Shown: positions 39,622-53,899, numbered from the whole stretch's first letter. The stretch: 63,722 nucleotides of DNA, filler included, from Phoronis australis (GCA_002633005.1; 8 parts of 8 records of this genome joined end to end with filler, not necessarily neighbours in it), one strand, 5' to 3'. Numbers and translations are program-made. Notes: a model not told the origin generated them from the sequence alone.

Positions 39622-42600
39622 AATTGACGATGGACTGTTAGATGTATAAAAGTGATACAAAAGCCTCTTCTCTTTCAAGTGAACAGTGTATTTGATACAT
39701 GTATGGGTGTGGAATGCTACACAGAATAAGGTGGCACATAGGATGTCATTTCTCTGTCATCTTGTAATTATTTCATACTCCCTCATGCATTAAAAATCAT
39801 CAAAAAACGTTGACTAAATTGCAGTCACCATAGTATTTTCCAAAGGCTGGAGTTTTATTAACGGAAACTTATTGCTGTATTGATATGAAACTCGAGCCTA
39901 GGTCACAACCGGACGTGTGACTTCTTGATTTTTGGCATTTTCCAAATTGCTGATAGAAAACGTAAGCACTTGTAGAATTTGTTTGACATGGCAATGAACA
40001 TCTGTGGCTAATCTACAAGTCTGAAATCAGCAGGTAGCGTGTGTTCTTGCACGTAGGAGCCTGTACAACGGGTTGTGACTTAGGATATTAAGTGGTAAGA
40101 TTTACTAATGACAAATGTTCAGATTTCTAATACTAAGTGCAAGTGTGTGAGTAGACAATCATCTGTGGGTTTGCCTACAAGCAATAGACTTCATCTGGTA
40201 AAAACACGAATGCAAAGTGGGGCAAAACCCAGTCTAAACGAAGCTTGCCGAGACTTGCAGGAACGATCTTGTACTTGCCTGGTGATAGCATTTCTTTGAA
40301 CTCTCTAATTTTACTGTTTAACAAGGCAGTCGTGGGTAGCAATATTCTTTGATCAACGTGCTGCACTCAGAAAAACATTCCATACCAAAAGGAGTCGAGG
40401 ACAGGCTAAAATCTAGGAAAATACAGTTGAATTTCAGAATGCCAACAATATGAGTATTTTTGAAAGTTTGGTCGAAATACCCTTTGCATGCAAGAGTTGT
40501 GCTTAGCAAAGCATTTCAATCTGTAAACTATGTGTGTGTGTGCAAATCGAAAAATTGATGAAATCATAAGTAAGACTTGTATATACGCCTGTGGGAATGA
40601 CAATGCACGTCAAATGAATTGCTTAAGGGGAGCCCTTCATGTTCTGTGTTCTTGGTTAGGTTGAGAGCTCAAATACTGCATTGATAAGTAACAAAAATTG
40701 AGCGTTGTGGCCAAATTTGAGTGTGGTAGCCCACTTGGCTCAAAAAGCCCGACGACATTGTGCAATATGAAACTTTATGAGTAGTTACTCAAACCTAGAG
40801 GTGTCTTGATTGTCATTCAAAAGTACGCACTGAGTTACTCGTTACTAACTGGGTTGTCATCAGATTTTTCACTGCTTAATTGCTTTCCTATAATCTGTAT
40901 GGAATTATTTTCACGTTTGAGAACACCAAAGATATGGTAATGGCTGTCTACAGGCACCGTTGAACATGTTCGTATCTATTTCCCAAGGCACACATTTCCA
41001 CAGCTCAGGAACTTTGCCACCATTACCTTGGATTTCAAAGAGTCTGTTGTAAATAATCAAATGATACTCACCAACAAGACATTAAATAATCACAGTTTTA
41101 TTAACAATTGAGTGACCGATTTAACCAACAGTTATGTCTGCGACTCTTTGACTAATGTGGTATCCCAAACAAAACATTGAAGGCTGACGTCCATCAGTCA
41201 GCATGCAGCAACAAGACTGCAAAGCAATTAGGCATCTGAATAACATCATGCTTGTTATTACACTTAACTAAAACATACTTTAACTGGCAGTAGCAAAATT
41301 GACTTTTCTTTATAATAAACATGAATATTGGTATTACAGGTATTCTGAATTTCAGTGACATTTCGGTATCCCTCAAATGTTTGCCATTTGGGTCTCTGGT
41401 ACACTAGCGTTTGCTGAGCGGTAGGTTACACAACTAAGTAAGATAGTCTACCGTTGGTTCCCAAAAGGATTAAAGTTGTAATCTTTCGAATTTTTGTATG
41501 ACAAACCATGCAAAATACAGTAGTTTTCAAAAGAAGATTTTTCTTCATAAAAATGCCAAAATTTCGAACCAAATCTTTCTGGTATAATTTCAAGTGATTT
41601 TATAGTGTTGTTTTTTGCCTGATTTTCTAATATTTTTACCAAGTTCAACAAATCCAGACAAATTTCTATGAAAACTGCCATACATTTTCGAAAACTACTG
41701 TACATTTTTGCAGAACAAGATTTTTAAGATACAGACCAGTTTTACCAGAAAGTGAGCAAGTAGCATTTTAAGTCATCAAAATGATTGTGCAATTACATAA
41801 TATTGAAAAACAGATGTTACAAGGTGTGGCTAGGAAGTAGTTAACTTACTAACTTACAGTGAGGATACAAATTAAGGAATAGCAAATATATTTCTCCTAG
41901 AACAGAATGGACGAGATAAGAAAGCATGACTTGGGGGGACAAAATGGACAATTCAAATTAAAACCAAGACCAACTGTAAGCAGATATTAACCAAAAAAAT
42001 AAGCAAACTGTAACTAAGATGCATTTACAGTCAAACGTAAGATGTCAGGAAAGCAAAGTACGACATAATGAACAGTTCAACAGTTGACCACTTCACAAAA
42101 AAGGCAATCTAATAGTTGAGACGAAACGAAAACAATCTCGCATTCTAAGCAGAAAAATCTTTTCAATATACACCAGAACTGTAGTTTTGCAGTCAACATC
42201 GGTAAACTTATTACATTCATTAACCTTATTAGCACTGAAGGCACGAGCCATAATTTGAAATGCATAACAAGTGCGTCTCCCAGGTGGCGATATAAAACCA
42301 GCAAGAAAGTGGACACACATTGCAAGTACACATCAATACAAATGTACATGTTCAACAGCAGAAAACAGGTGGACACACGAAACAACTGGTTATTGCTCAA
42401 TGTTGTTACTGACTGCATAAATTTCTTACTAAATCTAAATTGTTATTTGTACAGTGGCTGGTAATTTGAAGAAAAAGGGAGGAAAGTGCATCAAAATATT
42501 TGAAACTTAAGATGATTTATTTTTAGGAAAAGTTTTCTCGGAATTGATGTCTGTCCAACAATAGATTAGTGCCTTTAATTATTTGAGATTGCACCAAAAT

Positions 42601-42729
42601 ACTTCAAAATGGGTACAGTATAAATTTGCTTTAAAGGTAACTTGATAAAGGTTTGTGCACGTCTTCACTTATCGAAACTTGAAATACTTGAGCTTGAGGT
42701 ATCAACATCTGAAATGAAACAAAAATGGG

Positions 42730-44200
42730 ATGAATGATGCTAAGTAGCGCAATAAAAACATTGAAATGTGCCCACGACAGCACTACAAACGGTATGATTC
42801 TTGGGGTGCTTCTTATAAAAATGGCCACTAGAATATGTAGAACACGTCCGAAACTTGCATGGTCTCGTCATCTCCCTAAGAGAAATGTATTTTTCATAAA
42901 AATCTGTTCAGGAATTACGAAGATGCGGAAGTAATATAAAATATCAAGTTGCCACTAGGAGGCACGGCAGTAGATTCGTCCGAAAGAACTTGTAATCTGT
43001 TGCCACATTCATAGGAGTACACTTGTCAAATTTTACAAAGATTCTGCTAAGGCCTGAAAAGGTATATATGTGAAGGTGCAAAATGCAACAAAATGCCATT
43101 TGGGGGTGCCAAAGTGGTTGCAACCATCCAAAAATCATCACTTATACTGTTAGTCAGAAAAAACCTCAGCCAAATTTCTTAACAATCCTTTGGGCAAATA
43201 GAGAGGCTAATGCCAAAAACAGGCAATGAAATATTAAATATGGCCTCTAAGTGGCTTACAATACATCTAAAACATCCAGAGACAGAAAGGTGTTGTCATC
43301 AACTTCACAGATATCTATCTAACAAATTTCATAAACTTGTGTCATCGATACACAGGTAACAGAGGTGAACATAAAAACAAAAATTGCAGGTGGGGGTGGG
43401 GGGTGGGGGACAGCAGTAGTCAGATCCATACAAAAGCTGTCGTCACATTCACAGAAAAACACTTGCCATAGAATTATGGAGATACAGCTGCGTGGATGCA
43501 AACAAAATTGCCAGTAGGCGTTGTCACAAAAGTAGAATCTGTCCCAAAATCGGTGTCTGTCGTGGTTTTATCAGGAATACATATCCACATTTTCACAATG
43601 ATGTGATCCTCCGTGCGGTTTGGCAGATAGGGAGGCAGAAGTCAAAACACTCAATTTTATTAAAATTGTATGGTGGCGAAGCACCAGTCAAATCCGTTCA
43701 AAAACAAAAACATCGTCGCCTCCTTAATAGAAACCTAAATTTCACAAAGGAACAAAAGATACATACTAAGCAAACGCAAAAAAATAAAATTGCCATTATG
43801 GGGCAAAGCAGTAGTCAAATTTGTCCGAAACTCATCCTCGTCTGTCGTCAGCTTCATAGGAACAAATCTTTTAAATCTTACTATGATCCTGCACGGTGTT
43901 TAGAAGATACAGCCGCGTACGCCAGACACCACACACCCAGACAGAGATGACGATAATACGCCCACACTACTTATTTATATGTGGCTGCATAAAATCACCA
44001 CTATGGGGGCACAGTGATAGTAGGGTCCGTCTGAAAGTCATCTCCACCTGTCATCAGCTACATGGAAACATTTCTGCAAACTTCCGTGAAGATCCTCCAC
44101 AGGTTTTTGGAGATACAACAACAGGTGCCGGACACTTTGGCATCGAGGCAGGGTGACCACAATATGCACCCATATATGTCTGTTCGGGTGGATAACAATA
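42730..44200 (+). repeat. Degenerate Helentron/HINE-like tandem units
   Basis: Repeated AAAATTGCCA(C/T)TA...TAGTCA(G/A)ATCC(G)TCCGAAA motifs and terminal-type ATAATACGCCCAC...GTGG..GCATAAAA. Confidence 0.65.
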
Positions 44201-45683
44201 TTTGTGCACAAAATGCTATCAACAGAAATAACAGTTTTCAATAAGCTGACAAAACTTAGGTGCAAAAACTGTCACTGGCAAGGAGTCAGGCCATAAAATG
44301 TTCTCTTTAAGTCTGGTTTCTTGCCATAACAATGACAAATCTGGACGAATTTTGACACATACAGTCAATTTATTATGAAAACTACAATAAAGTCAACTAT
44401 TACGAGATGACATGCTCTTAGTGTGCACTAATAATATTGTTTATTAGCACCTGGACTTAACACGTAGCATAACGTCAACTTGAGCACGTGTTTAGATGTG
44501 TGTATGGAGACTTCGTGACAACTTCGCATTTTTACCAGGTGGCCAAATAAAGTCGTATTGGCAACCCCCACGTCGCCAAATCAAACCTGAGTTGATGGGG
44601 GCTCTATACAATAACACTCATCTAAAGAAGTCACCTACATCAAGACATTTCTACATCAGGCAAAAGAACTTTTAGAGTAAACCACTTAGGTCAACTGCTA
44701 TGACACCATACTCGTAACTAAACCTTGTTATAATAGGAGCGGAGAGGGCACGTTGTGTAGCTTTGCCCAAATTTCATTGACCTACGTCAAAATGTGCCGA
44801 AACACCAATTTCTTAAAGCATTATCAACAGGCAGACTTAGGAGGTCTTCTACGGAAGCCACTAAATATGTTTGAGGCTGCATGAACATTTGTCCTTTGAG
44901 AATTGCAGTTGCTCCCTTACAATATCTGAGATCAGCCAGTGAATACTTCGGGATGTCAAAAGTTGTTTACGGAATTTGCTATTCGGAAGGAGCATGATAT
45001 CAATTTTCTTGGAAACAAACATAAAAACCAGAAAGAACTCTTGACATTTAGTCATTTCCAAAATGGCCGTTTTCTGCACGCTGAGTTGCAAGATCTCTAA
45101 AATCTGATGCCTGAACTTTTGTTCGTTTTGCACGAATCCACCTTCAATTTCCCAGAAGCTGGGAGCAAGTGTCCCTTTTAGTGTTAAAAGGGTGGAAAAA
45201 CAGGGTGGCAAATACAAAATAGCGATCTGTTGGATTGATCTAGTCAACTCAATGAATTCTGACAAAGGATAAGAATGTAGAAAACTGCTATGAAACCCCA
45301 AATAATCTCCACAAGTATAGTATTGCGCAATAAAACATTGGGGGCTGGGCTATTCAGAGAAAATATGTGGACTACTTACCCCCTACAATCACAAAATGAC
45401 AGGAGATTTGAAGTTATATATGGTTAGGCAGCCACTGTAAACATATCCCAAGTAGTCCATACATGCCAAAATTCAAAATTACCGAAATGTCTAATCCACC
45501 TTTAACTAAAATTTTCGCATCAATTTTTGAAAAAACAGACCAGAACCAAATATGGTAAATGAAAATACGCATACGAAGTCGGCATGACAAAGGAATGCAA
45601 TTACACAGCTTATGGTATAAAATTGGGAGTCCAGCCATAGGAAATGGAATAACATTTGACCGTACTTGCACGGAGGCCTGACA

Positions 45684-45761
45684 CTATAAGCAGTCCAGAC
45701 TCTTCTTGGCCAGCCTTTTCACCTTCTTTCTGTATTCTTCAGGTTTTTCCCGCCACATTTT
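45684..45761 (-). CDS. UBE2G1: Ubiquitin-conjugating enzyme E2 G1, last coding exon
   Basis: TTACAG acceptor. KMWREKPEEYRKKVKRLAKKSLDCL followed by a TAG stop. Confidence 0.92.
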   Translation of the reverse strand, partial: KMWREKPEEYRKKVKRLAKKSLDCL

Positions 45762-46505
45762 CTGTAAGACAACAAGTACTTGTCTATGGAAACTGTACAG
45801 TAATGTAATGATAAGAGACTTTACTTGTCTATGGAAACTGTAGAATAATGTAATGACAGAGAATTTAATTTATAGGCACAATTAAATGTCAAGATTGCCG
45901 TATCCCCATTTTCAAAAGCTTGCTACATTGCTGCGAATGCCAAAAAATTACTAGCCATCTGCACAATCACAAAAAATTAGTTTCAAATTTGTTGTAATAA
46001 AAAGTAGAAGCACGGACAAGGCAGGGTGTTGATATGCAACCATGTAGCCATCGTGCGCACAGCAAATGGCAAAAATATAAGGTGCGGCTTTTTTATTGAC
46101 TGGACATAAGATTTCTACTGCTGCAGGAAACAAGATAAAATTTTCTCTGCACAGTACAGCACTGATTGGCGTACATAGCTGGTACGTTTCATGAACATTA
46201 ATTACTTAAATTTGACAGTAGTTTTCAAGTTGAATTGGACAGGAATCCACCAGACTCTTACAAACTTGGATAAACTTCTGGCATGAATGATGGACCATTT
46301 GTCACAATACAACAGCATTTTCGTCGAATTTTAGTCAGGGTTTAATGAGATTCTATATTAATTGCACCTATTGTTAATTAGTGAATGGACTTGCAAGGTA
46401 ATTAAAATATTGTAACCAACTGTGCGTGGAGCAACACCTGTCGAGATTTTAAAACTGAAACAGATTCTAGTCAAAAAGAAATGGTAATTATGCCGTAATC
46501 ACAAA

Positions 46506-46690
46506 TAGTCTGGTGACTGCACGCCATCTGTTGGTCACACCACCTGACCTAATGAACATAAATAAGAAGATTTCTCACCCCTACTGAGTATCTACACAGT
46601 TAGCAGAAGGTCCTGGGTTCGTGTTTTGTACTTAATATGTTCATTACATCATGTGATGTGGCCAACAGGTGGCGTGCAGACCAGACATAA
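46506..46690. mobile_element. Small fold-back MITE
   Basis: Arms TCTGG..CTGCACGCCATCTGTTGGTCACACCAC..TAATGAACATA and TATGTTCATTA..GTGATGTGGCCAACAGGTGGCGTGCAG.CCAGA are reverse complements. Confidence 0.75.
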
Positions 46691-46984
46691 AAGGTTTATG
46701 ATCTATATTTCCACGCTGGTTCAAGATTTACATAATTTATATTATGTTGTAATACTGTGCAATGAAACTCAAATTTGGACGTTGCCTAGTTTCCTTTGGA
46801 AAGTACAGTAACAAAGCGTCGCTAGGGAACAAGTGAGACATTCCACAAAAAATAGCAATTGTAATTAAGCTGCGATATAACAACGCCACTAAAAACAACA
46901 TTCCCAAACCTACAAGAGTAATGAACAGCATTCAAAAGTGCTTACATGTATGACTGCGTGGCAGACGGTATACTTCTAGGGGAG

Positions 46985-48182
46985 TTTCATAAAAATGACC
47001 ACTAGAGGGCATACGGTATGCCAAAAATGGCAAGGCATCATCACCTCCATAATAGAAAGCTAATTGCCCAATTTCATTAAAATACATCAAGAATTATAAA
47101 GATACAGAGACAAACATAAACAATGAAATTGTCATTAAAACACAAGAAAATCAGTAGTTGGAACTGTCAAAAATCGCGACTAGGGACACAGTGGCAGCTA
47201 GATAGGTCCTCAAGGTGTTGTCAGCCACGGTCTATGATAGGGAAACACATTCAAAATTCCACAAAGACCTTGCGAAAAGGTTAAAGAGATATGGCCACGG
47301 ACCGAAAAAAATGCCATCAGTGGATGCCACTTTAAGAAAAAACAATTTTAGGTGTCGTCTTTCCAGCCAATTTTCTTGATCCTTCAACAAAGTTGGAGGA
47401 GATTTCGAAATGGATGACAAAGATAAACTCGAAATTAATAAAATGGTCACTTGGTGTTGCAAAAGATGTTGAATCCCTCTGAGAATAAAAGGCACCTATT
47501 TGCCAAATTTTATGAAAATTCATCAAAAAACTCCAAAGACACAGTGACAAAAATTAACGTAAAATAAAATTGCCACTATAGGACACTATGGTAGTCAGAT
47601 GGGTACCAAATTCAACTGAAACTCATTGTCACCCCCATAGTAACATATCTGACAAATTTGAAAAAGATCCTGCGAAGGGTTAAGAAAAAACAGCCATGGA
47701 CACAAAACAATAATATTGCCTGAGTATTTCAAACCTGTCCAAAAATCAATGTCAACTACAGTCTCTTCATCAGGAACACGTCTGCTAGTTGCCATAATGA
47801 TCCGTGAAGTGTTTTGTCAGACAGAAAGGCGGGACCAAAAATCTTTAAAATTGCCACTAAAAGGCGCAGAATATATCAAATCTATCAGAAGAAGAGAAAG
47901 CACTATTGTCTCCGTAATAGAAACCTATTTGCCAAATTTCATGAAATCCACTCTGAAGATACAAGGACAAACGTGAAAAACTAAAATTCCCACTAGGAAG
48001 CACAGCAGTAATTAGATCGATCCGAACTTTGTCGACATCTGCCATAAGATTCATAGGAACACATCACCAAATTTCATAAAGATACTGCAAGGTTTTAGGA
48101 GGCAAAGCAGTGGACGCCAGATGCCCAGACAGTGATGAAGGCAATATGCACCCATATAAATATGTACTTGTGTGCATAAAAA
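46985..48182 (+). repeat. Degenerate Helentron/HINE-like tandem units in a UBE2G1 intron
   Basis: Repeated AAAATTGCCACTA and GCCAAATTTCATGAAA motifs, ending ATATGCACCCATATAAATATGT...TGCATAAAAA. Confidence 0.65.
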
Positions 48183-48583
48183 TCAAATTCATGAAGTGTT
48201 GATCGTCACCAGCATGCTTGCAATGCAATCGTAGAAAGCAGGCCTGGCTTTATAGCCAGCAAAGTTCTAGTCCTTATCATTATGCATAGTCGCGTGGCTC
48301 ACAGATCTTGACTATCAGTTTGATTGCTAAGGCAGATACAGTTGTAATGAGCCCCGCTGAACTATTTTATTTTTACAGTCTCAAATGCAGAGGGGGGAAC
48401 AACTCCAACGGAAACCCAACGAGAAATAGCACTCAAACATTTAAAAAATATCCAGAATTTTTTCTAGAGGAGTTTTCCTGTACTTTAGCGTGAAGGAATT
48501 TTGCATTTTTTCAAACTAATATAGCCACAAAAACAACCTGGCAATAGGCCTGCTTAAAGCAATACAAAAACCAGCATAATTAC

Positions 48584-48762
48584 AGCAGCTTCAACATTGG
48601 CAGGAGATTCGTCGTTGGGGTCTGATAACATGGATATAACACTGAGTATGATGCTCTCGACTGTGTGTACTGGGAGCCATCTTTCTTCTGGTCTTTCATA
48701 TCCCCACTTGTCATCGCCAGGGTCGTGCAAAATCGAGATGCATACATCGCCTTCTTTTGCAA
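48584..48762 (-). CDS. UBE2G1: UBE2G1 exon 4 (active-site Cys)
   Basis: AG/GT bounded, 179 nt. AKEGDVCISILHDPGDDKWGYERPEERWLPVHTVESIILSVISMLSDPNDESPANVEAA includes the G1-type acidic loop. Confidence 0.97.
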
Positions 48763-49998
48763 CTAGAAGCAAAAGTTGGAAATTTACAATCACAGAGGAA
48801 CCAAGAACTGCTAACGCCACTCATGTTTCCAACACCAGAATTTTTAACAAAGTACCATTCAGGGCTCAGTTATCCAATATTGATAGGGATTAAGAAAACA
48901 ATTATATTCTCAGCCAGGACCACAATCCATTAAGTTACACAGACCAACTGGGACAGTTGTATGACTAAGAGAAAGGTTAACAAAAAAACTACTTTCACCG
49001 ATCTTGCATGTGATTTTCAATTTCAAAACGCCTATTGTGTGTGTGAACGACTCATGATTAACAATCCTCTGCAAAATTCTAAACAACTATACAGACTAGT
49101 TACCCCCTCTAAGCCCAAAATGCAATATCGTGACATTGCAGTGATTAGAATTGTGGATTCTGACTCCTGAGGCCTGGGTAACAGTTTTAAATAATACATT
49201 ACGAGCATCAAACTAACTGTGTTCGAGCTCTTGTGCTGAGTCATAACTTCAGAACATGAAAGAGAATAAAAGTGGAATGAAGGCTTTGAATACTTTTACA
49301 GCAAGAATTAATCAGCACTGGCAAATGTTTTAAAAAATCACAACTGACCAACGATGGTAGTAGGGCACAAACATCTCTTACCAAGCCAACACAAATTACT
49401 CATGCTTCTTTGATCAAACCCTTGCGAGAACAGTACAATATATATTCTGACGAACTGGTCAGAATTAAGTGGCAATCAACGTTGCAAATTTGGCTGCTTT
49501 AAATTGACTCATGTGCCTTTAGTTAGTGAAAGAAATGCTTCAGTCAACAGAATAAGAACAACCATCACATACAAGGTTAAAAAGAAAAGGATTGCAATAT
49601 TGATGAACAACAACTAGTAATGCATTGTAGATTTTCAGGGTAGAGTAAATAAACCAGACAGACTTTGGCAGAATTCTGCCCAACTATGCCAAACTTGCAG
49701 AAACGCCTTGCTCGAATTACTTGTCAGTTTGGTAGAACTTTTCTCGCAATAAGATCATTTTGTCTAACTTTTACCAGAGTTTTATGTGTCGTTATTGCAC
49801 CTAGTCACTGAATTTTATTTATGTAAATAAATGGACTTGCGCAGTAAATTGTCACGATTTCAATAGTATGGACAGCAACACTTTCTGTGAATTACAGAAT
49901 GAGAACTGGAACAGCTTATAGTTGAAAAATGTATAACTAAGGGTTCCTGTGTGGAAATTGCTGTACCTTGCAAGAAATTCTCCACAAAATAGACTTAC

Positions 49999-50096
49999 TA
50001 TTTGGATGGAACATCTCTGTTATAAACTTTAGCGTGGGCGGCCTTTGTGGATATTCCTTCGGGAATGTGAGATGTGCCTTGAACATGCCCCCATCA
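49999..50096 (-). CDS. UBE2G1: UBE2G1 exon 3
   Basis: AG/GT bounded, 98 nt. DGGMFKAHLTFPKEYPQRPPTLKFITEMFHPN. Confidence 0.96.
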
Positions 50097-50398
50097 CTGC
50101 AAGAAAAGACAAGACTAAAATATCATCACCAGTACCAGCTGTATTCTAGCCCTACAAAACAAGGGATACTCAATAGTGGATAATGAAAAGCTATACATTC
50201 ACTAAGTTTCACCGGTTATGTTGCCTAACAGAAGCCATAACTGTGATTGTAAACTACCCTCCATTCTGTCTTAGGTTCTGCAATTTCTATTTCATCATTT
50301 AATGTTTGACACCCTATAAATGAGTTCAATTTTCATAACTACAGCAATGACTCAACAATTAACTCGACAGCTCAAGTTCAAAGCCTTGTTTCGCTAAA

Positions 50399-50452
50399 AA
50401 TTTATTGAAAATTGTTATGATCTTTTAAGATCATAACAATTTTCAATAAATT
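50399..50452. repeat. Perfect inverted repeat with 26-bp arms
   Basis: AATTTATTGAAAATTGTTATGATCTT-TT-AAGATCATAACAATTTTCAATAAATT. Confidence 0.95.
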
Positions 50453-50600
50453 ATTAAAATAACAAAACGAACCCAAGCCTATCTTGCTCAAAATCTGCGG
50501 TTTTATTGTAACAAAATTCAGTACATGAAATTCCAATGAGCTTCAAATAATCCAACCACAAGGATTGCTTACCCACACCTAATACTAACTTACTACTTAC

Positions 50601-50703
50601 TAAATGGTTTCCGAGGGTCCTATTATCAGAACCTCCCATCTGTACAGGTCCTCATCATCTATAAGGCCAGCAGAAAACCCTTCAGTGGAAGTTTTGTTTA
50701 AAT
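50601..50703 (-). CDS. UBE2G1: UBE2G1 exon 2
   Basis: AG/GT bounded, 103 nt. DLNKTSTEGFSAGLIDDEDLYRWEVLIIGPSETIY. Confidence 0.96.
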
Positions 50704-53700
50704 CTGAAAATAAAAAGATGCAAAATAGATAGCCTTTGTTAACAGTAAAGCAGCCTTAGAAGTGTTATCCTGTGTGGATGGGTGGGTGCAAGCTGTCAAT
50801 GACCAGTGCTAGAACAACAGCTTTCAGTGTGAGTGAAGACTGGCTAGAGTTAATCACTTTGTTAATCTTGACCGTATGTTCACAAGTCAAATCAAACACA
50901 ACGGCCTACATTAAGTCTGTTCTATGCTCTAGTCAGTGTTGTGAAGCCTTGACTTGTGATGAACTTCTGAGACACTTCCAATAACTGTTACACTCCATGG
51001 TTCAATAAACCGCTGTCTCTATAACTGGTTCTCTATTGACTAACGCTGCAATAGCTGATTCTGTTAATGCAACTCGACTCAACTCTAAGAGTTTGCCAAC
51101 TAAACTTTAATTCAACTGCAGCTAACTCAACTCACTAGTCAACTCATGCCTGGGTATTTGTAGTCTCTTACAATGTTTTTGAACTTTTCACCAATTCAAG
51201 CATATACTAGAAGTTTACAGAGTCTACCCAAACATTCTGCAAACAAACTAGGCTCTAGAATGTTCCAGACTACAGTTCTATATTAATGACTAACATAATG
51301 GAATCTTCTAGAATGTTCTCTAGTATTCTAGCGCAAACAAACTCCCTAATCACCAGTCTGGTCACATAGTTCATGTCAATCAAGTGCTATCTGCTAGTAA
51401 ATAAGTATGAAATTACATGTGAAATTATTAGAAAGATTGCAAAGACTTTAAGGATACTGCAAAATAACCTTAAGTGGTAGACTGTCGTTCTTCACAAATC
51501 TTGTTTTTTTAATTCCCCTTGAAGGAATGGGTGAATGATCCATCACAAATTAGTCGTGAAAAAACAATTTAATTGATCATGAAAGCTAACTCAAATGGCC
51601 ATTTTGCAACATAGCACTAGCAGTGACATCTCCAAAGATTCTGACTCCCTAGGAAGCTAGGACTCTAGGAGACATTACAGTATCTGGGGAACAAACTTCC
51701 ACTGCCACAGTTTGCCTGTGACTCAGAAGGAGATCAGGAAATGTTACCCAAGATTTTAAAAATAGCTTCCAAAATGGCCTTCCCAATTTCTCAGAGCATC
51801 TCATCGTTGAAGGATGGCTATTTTTATGACTCCCAAGTCAAACTGTTGTTATAGAGTTGTATGTTGCAGTGGAAATATGGATTTGCACTAAAATGTTTCA
51901 TATCTTACATCACATCTTAACTAACTTTTTTTATTCTGGCCAGGACAATGGGCTGCCGAAGCTGTTTTCATCCAGTTCAACAAGACAATGGTTGCATGCT
52001 TTCTTACTTGCATGTCCAACTGCTGAACATGATGCCCTAGCTAAGGTGTCGAAATTTGAGTCAGACAAATAAAGAAAAACGTCAAGCCCTCCCACACGTG
52101 GCCTATTAGCTCGTGTTCCTGCGATAAAAGAATTTTAGACCACTTTCCAATATATAACTTATATCCATTTGTGTCTTACTTACTAATATCAGAAGTGATA
52201 ACAACTTGGAAATGACTAACAGGCAGCTTGAGGCCAGTTCATTAATTATGCTTAATTTGACTGACTTATGTGTGCCTAAAATAAGTCCAATACACCAAGC
52301 AGCACTGTAGTCTACCTAGCAACATTGGTTGATTGTTTCAGCATACACAACATGTTGATTAAATGATGTGCTGTGTTAAAAAAACTACACTGCTTGTCGC
52401 TTAGCTTAAACTGAATCATTGCCAAGGTTAAAAAGTGGTAAATTCGAAATGTTGTTGAGTTTTGAAAGCCAACCCAACAAAGATGCCATGTAACTTGTTT
52501 TATGAAGCACAAAAAATAATTTTCAACCGCAAAGCTAGACATATATCATGCGAAATTGTTATCATGACCGCTGTTGTCCCTAAACTATACTGATTCACTA
52601 CAGAGATTGTTCCCACTGCAAGCCAAGAAAATGACAAAAAAGATGCAGTTTGTGATGAACAGCATAGCAATTGATTTAACATTTGTCAAATTGTTTTGAA
52701 TCCCTTTACCTACATTCAGAAATTTAAAATTCACACTCCAATAAAAATTTTAATCAGCAGCTAGCTGTTATGCACATCTACTTTTCACGACCTTTGGGAC
52801 TGACTTTCTTTGACTACGTTTACATTTTACTTCACCAAAGCCATAACATTAAGTGCGTTTTAAATGAGAGATTCCACGCCCAGTGTAACCTTGCACAGTC
52901 ACAGATGATTAATGTCCATCCCAACAATGTGTCCCCGGTCAGACTACATAGCAACTGTCTGAACTGGGACAGCAAATCTGGCTTAGCCGGTGGCCATCTC
53001 ACAGACTCTCCATACAACAGAAAGTTTTTTTTTTCAAATTATGCCTAACACTGGCTAAATCATCAGTCACAAGCTTTAGAACCATTCAAGCATGGGACAC
53101 ATTTGGAAGTTTGAAGGTCGTTGGTGTATTACTCAAACAAATACTTTGATAATTAAGATTTAATTCTGATCTTTGGTTCTGTCAACAAAATTGTTGACGA
53201 ATATCATTTTGCTCAGGTAAGATCTAGCAGCGGCCCTGGGTAGAGTTCAGTAACACTTAAAGACTTCACAAAAACATGTTTAAGCCGTGACACAGTCATT
53301 GAACTCTGCCCTGGTACGAGAGTTTGGGACACCAGCGGACTCTGGCAGATCACCAGAGTACAGTGTGGTAGTGACTGGCTCATTTCTGAGGTAATGATAG
53401 ACATGCTCAGTGATACAATATGAAAGAAATAGATCAATTCACAATTTTGATGGAACGAAGGAGTGCATACAGAGAAAAAGAATGTCGATTGCACGAACTG
53501 TTTGAACTAGAAGTAGAAAAGTAGTCCAAAGACTCCTACTGCCAAAGGTGTCCAGGTTCACATAGCAACGTGACTTTGTCAGTTAAGCAAGGGTTTAGCA
53601 CAATTTACAGAAAATCCTCCGGCGCACAGGACTGATTGGAATGTCCCACTATCCAAGACCAGCCAAGGTGACTCGGTTCGCCTGTTCACAATGTCTCCAG

Positions 53701-53806
53701 TATCATTTGTTGAAAATAGAGGTCAGGAAACGGACAAAAAATATTATGCCCTTGATATTAAGGAATCGAATCAAACCTATCGAACAAATTGTAATATTTT
53801 AACTAC

Positions 53807-53852
53807 CCATCAGTTGCTTTTTAAGCAACAAAGCTCCCCTGTCTACAGCCAT
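53807..53852 (-). CDS. UBE2G1: UBE2G1 exon 1 (start codon)
   Basis: ATG at 53852, MAVDRGALLLKKQLM, GTAGTT donor, 46 nt. The five exons sum to 504 nt in frame (167 aa plus stop). Confidence 0.92.
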
Positions 53853-53899
53853 GGGATAAAATAATTCCGATGTTATGGTCTTTTCGGCGATAAACAGTA

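Noticed and set aside
43492-43950. 152-aa ORF and the other short ORFs in the track
   Set aside because: They lie in degenerate repeats or introns, often start at non-ATG codons, and show no protein motifs.
50986-51365. Possible solo LTR (TGTTACA...GTCACA with CTAGAA repeats)
   Set aside because: No matching target-site duplication and no PBS/PPT or internal sequence.
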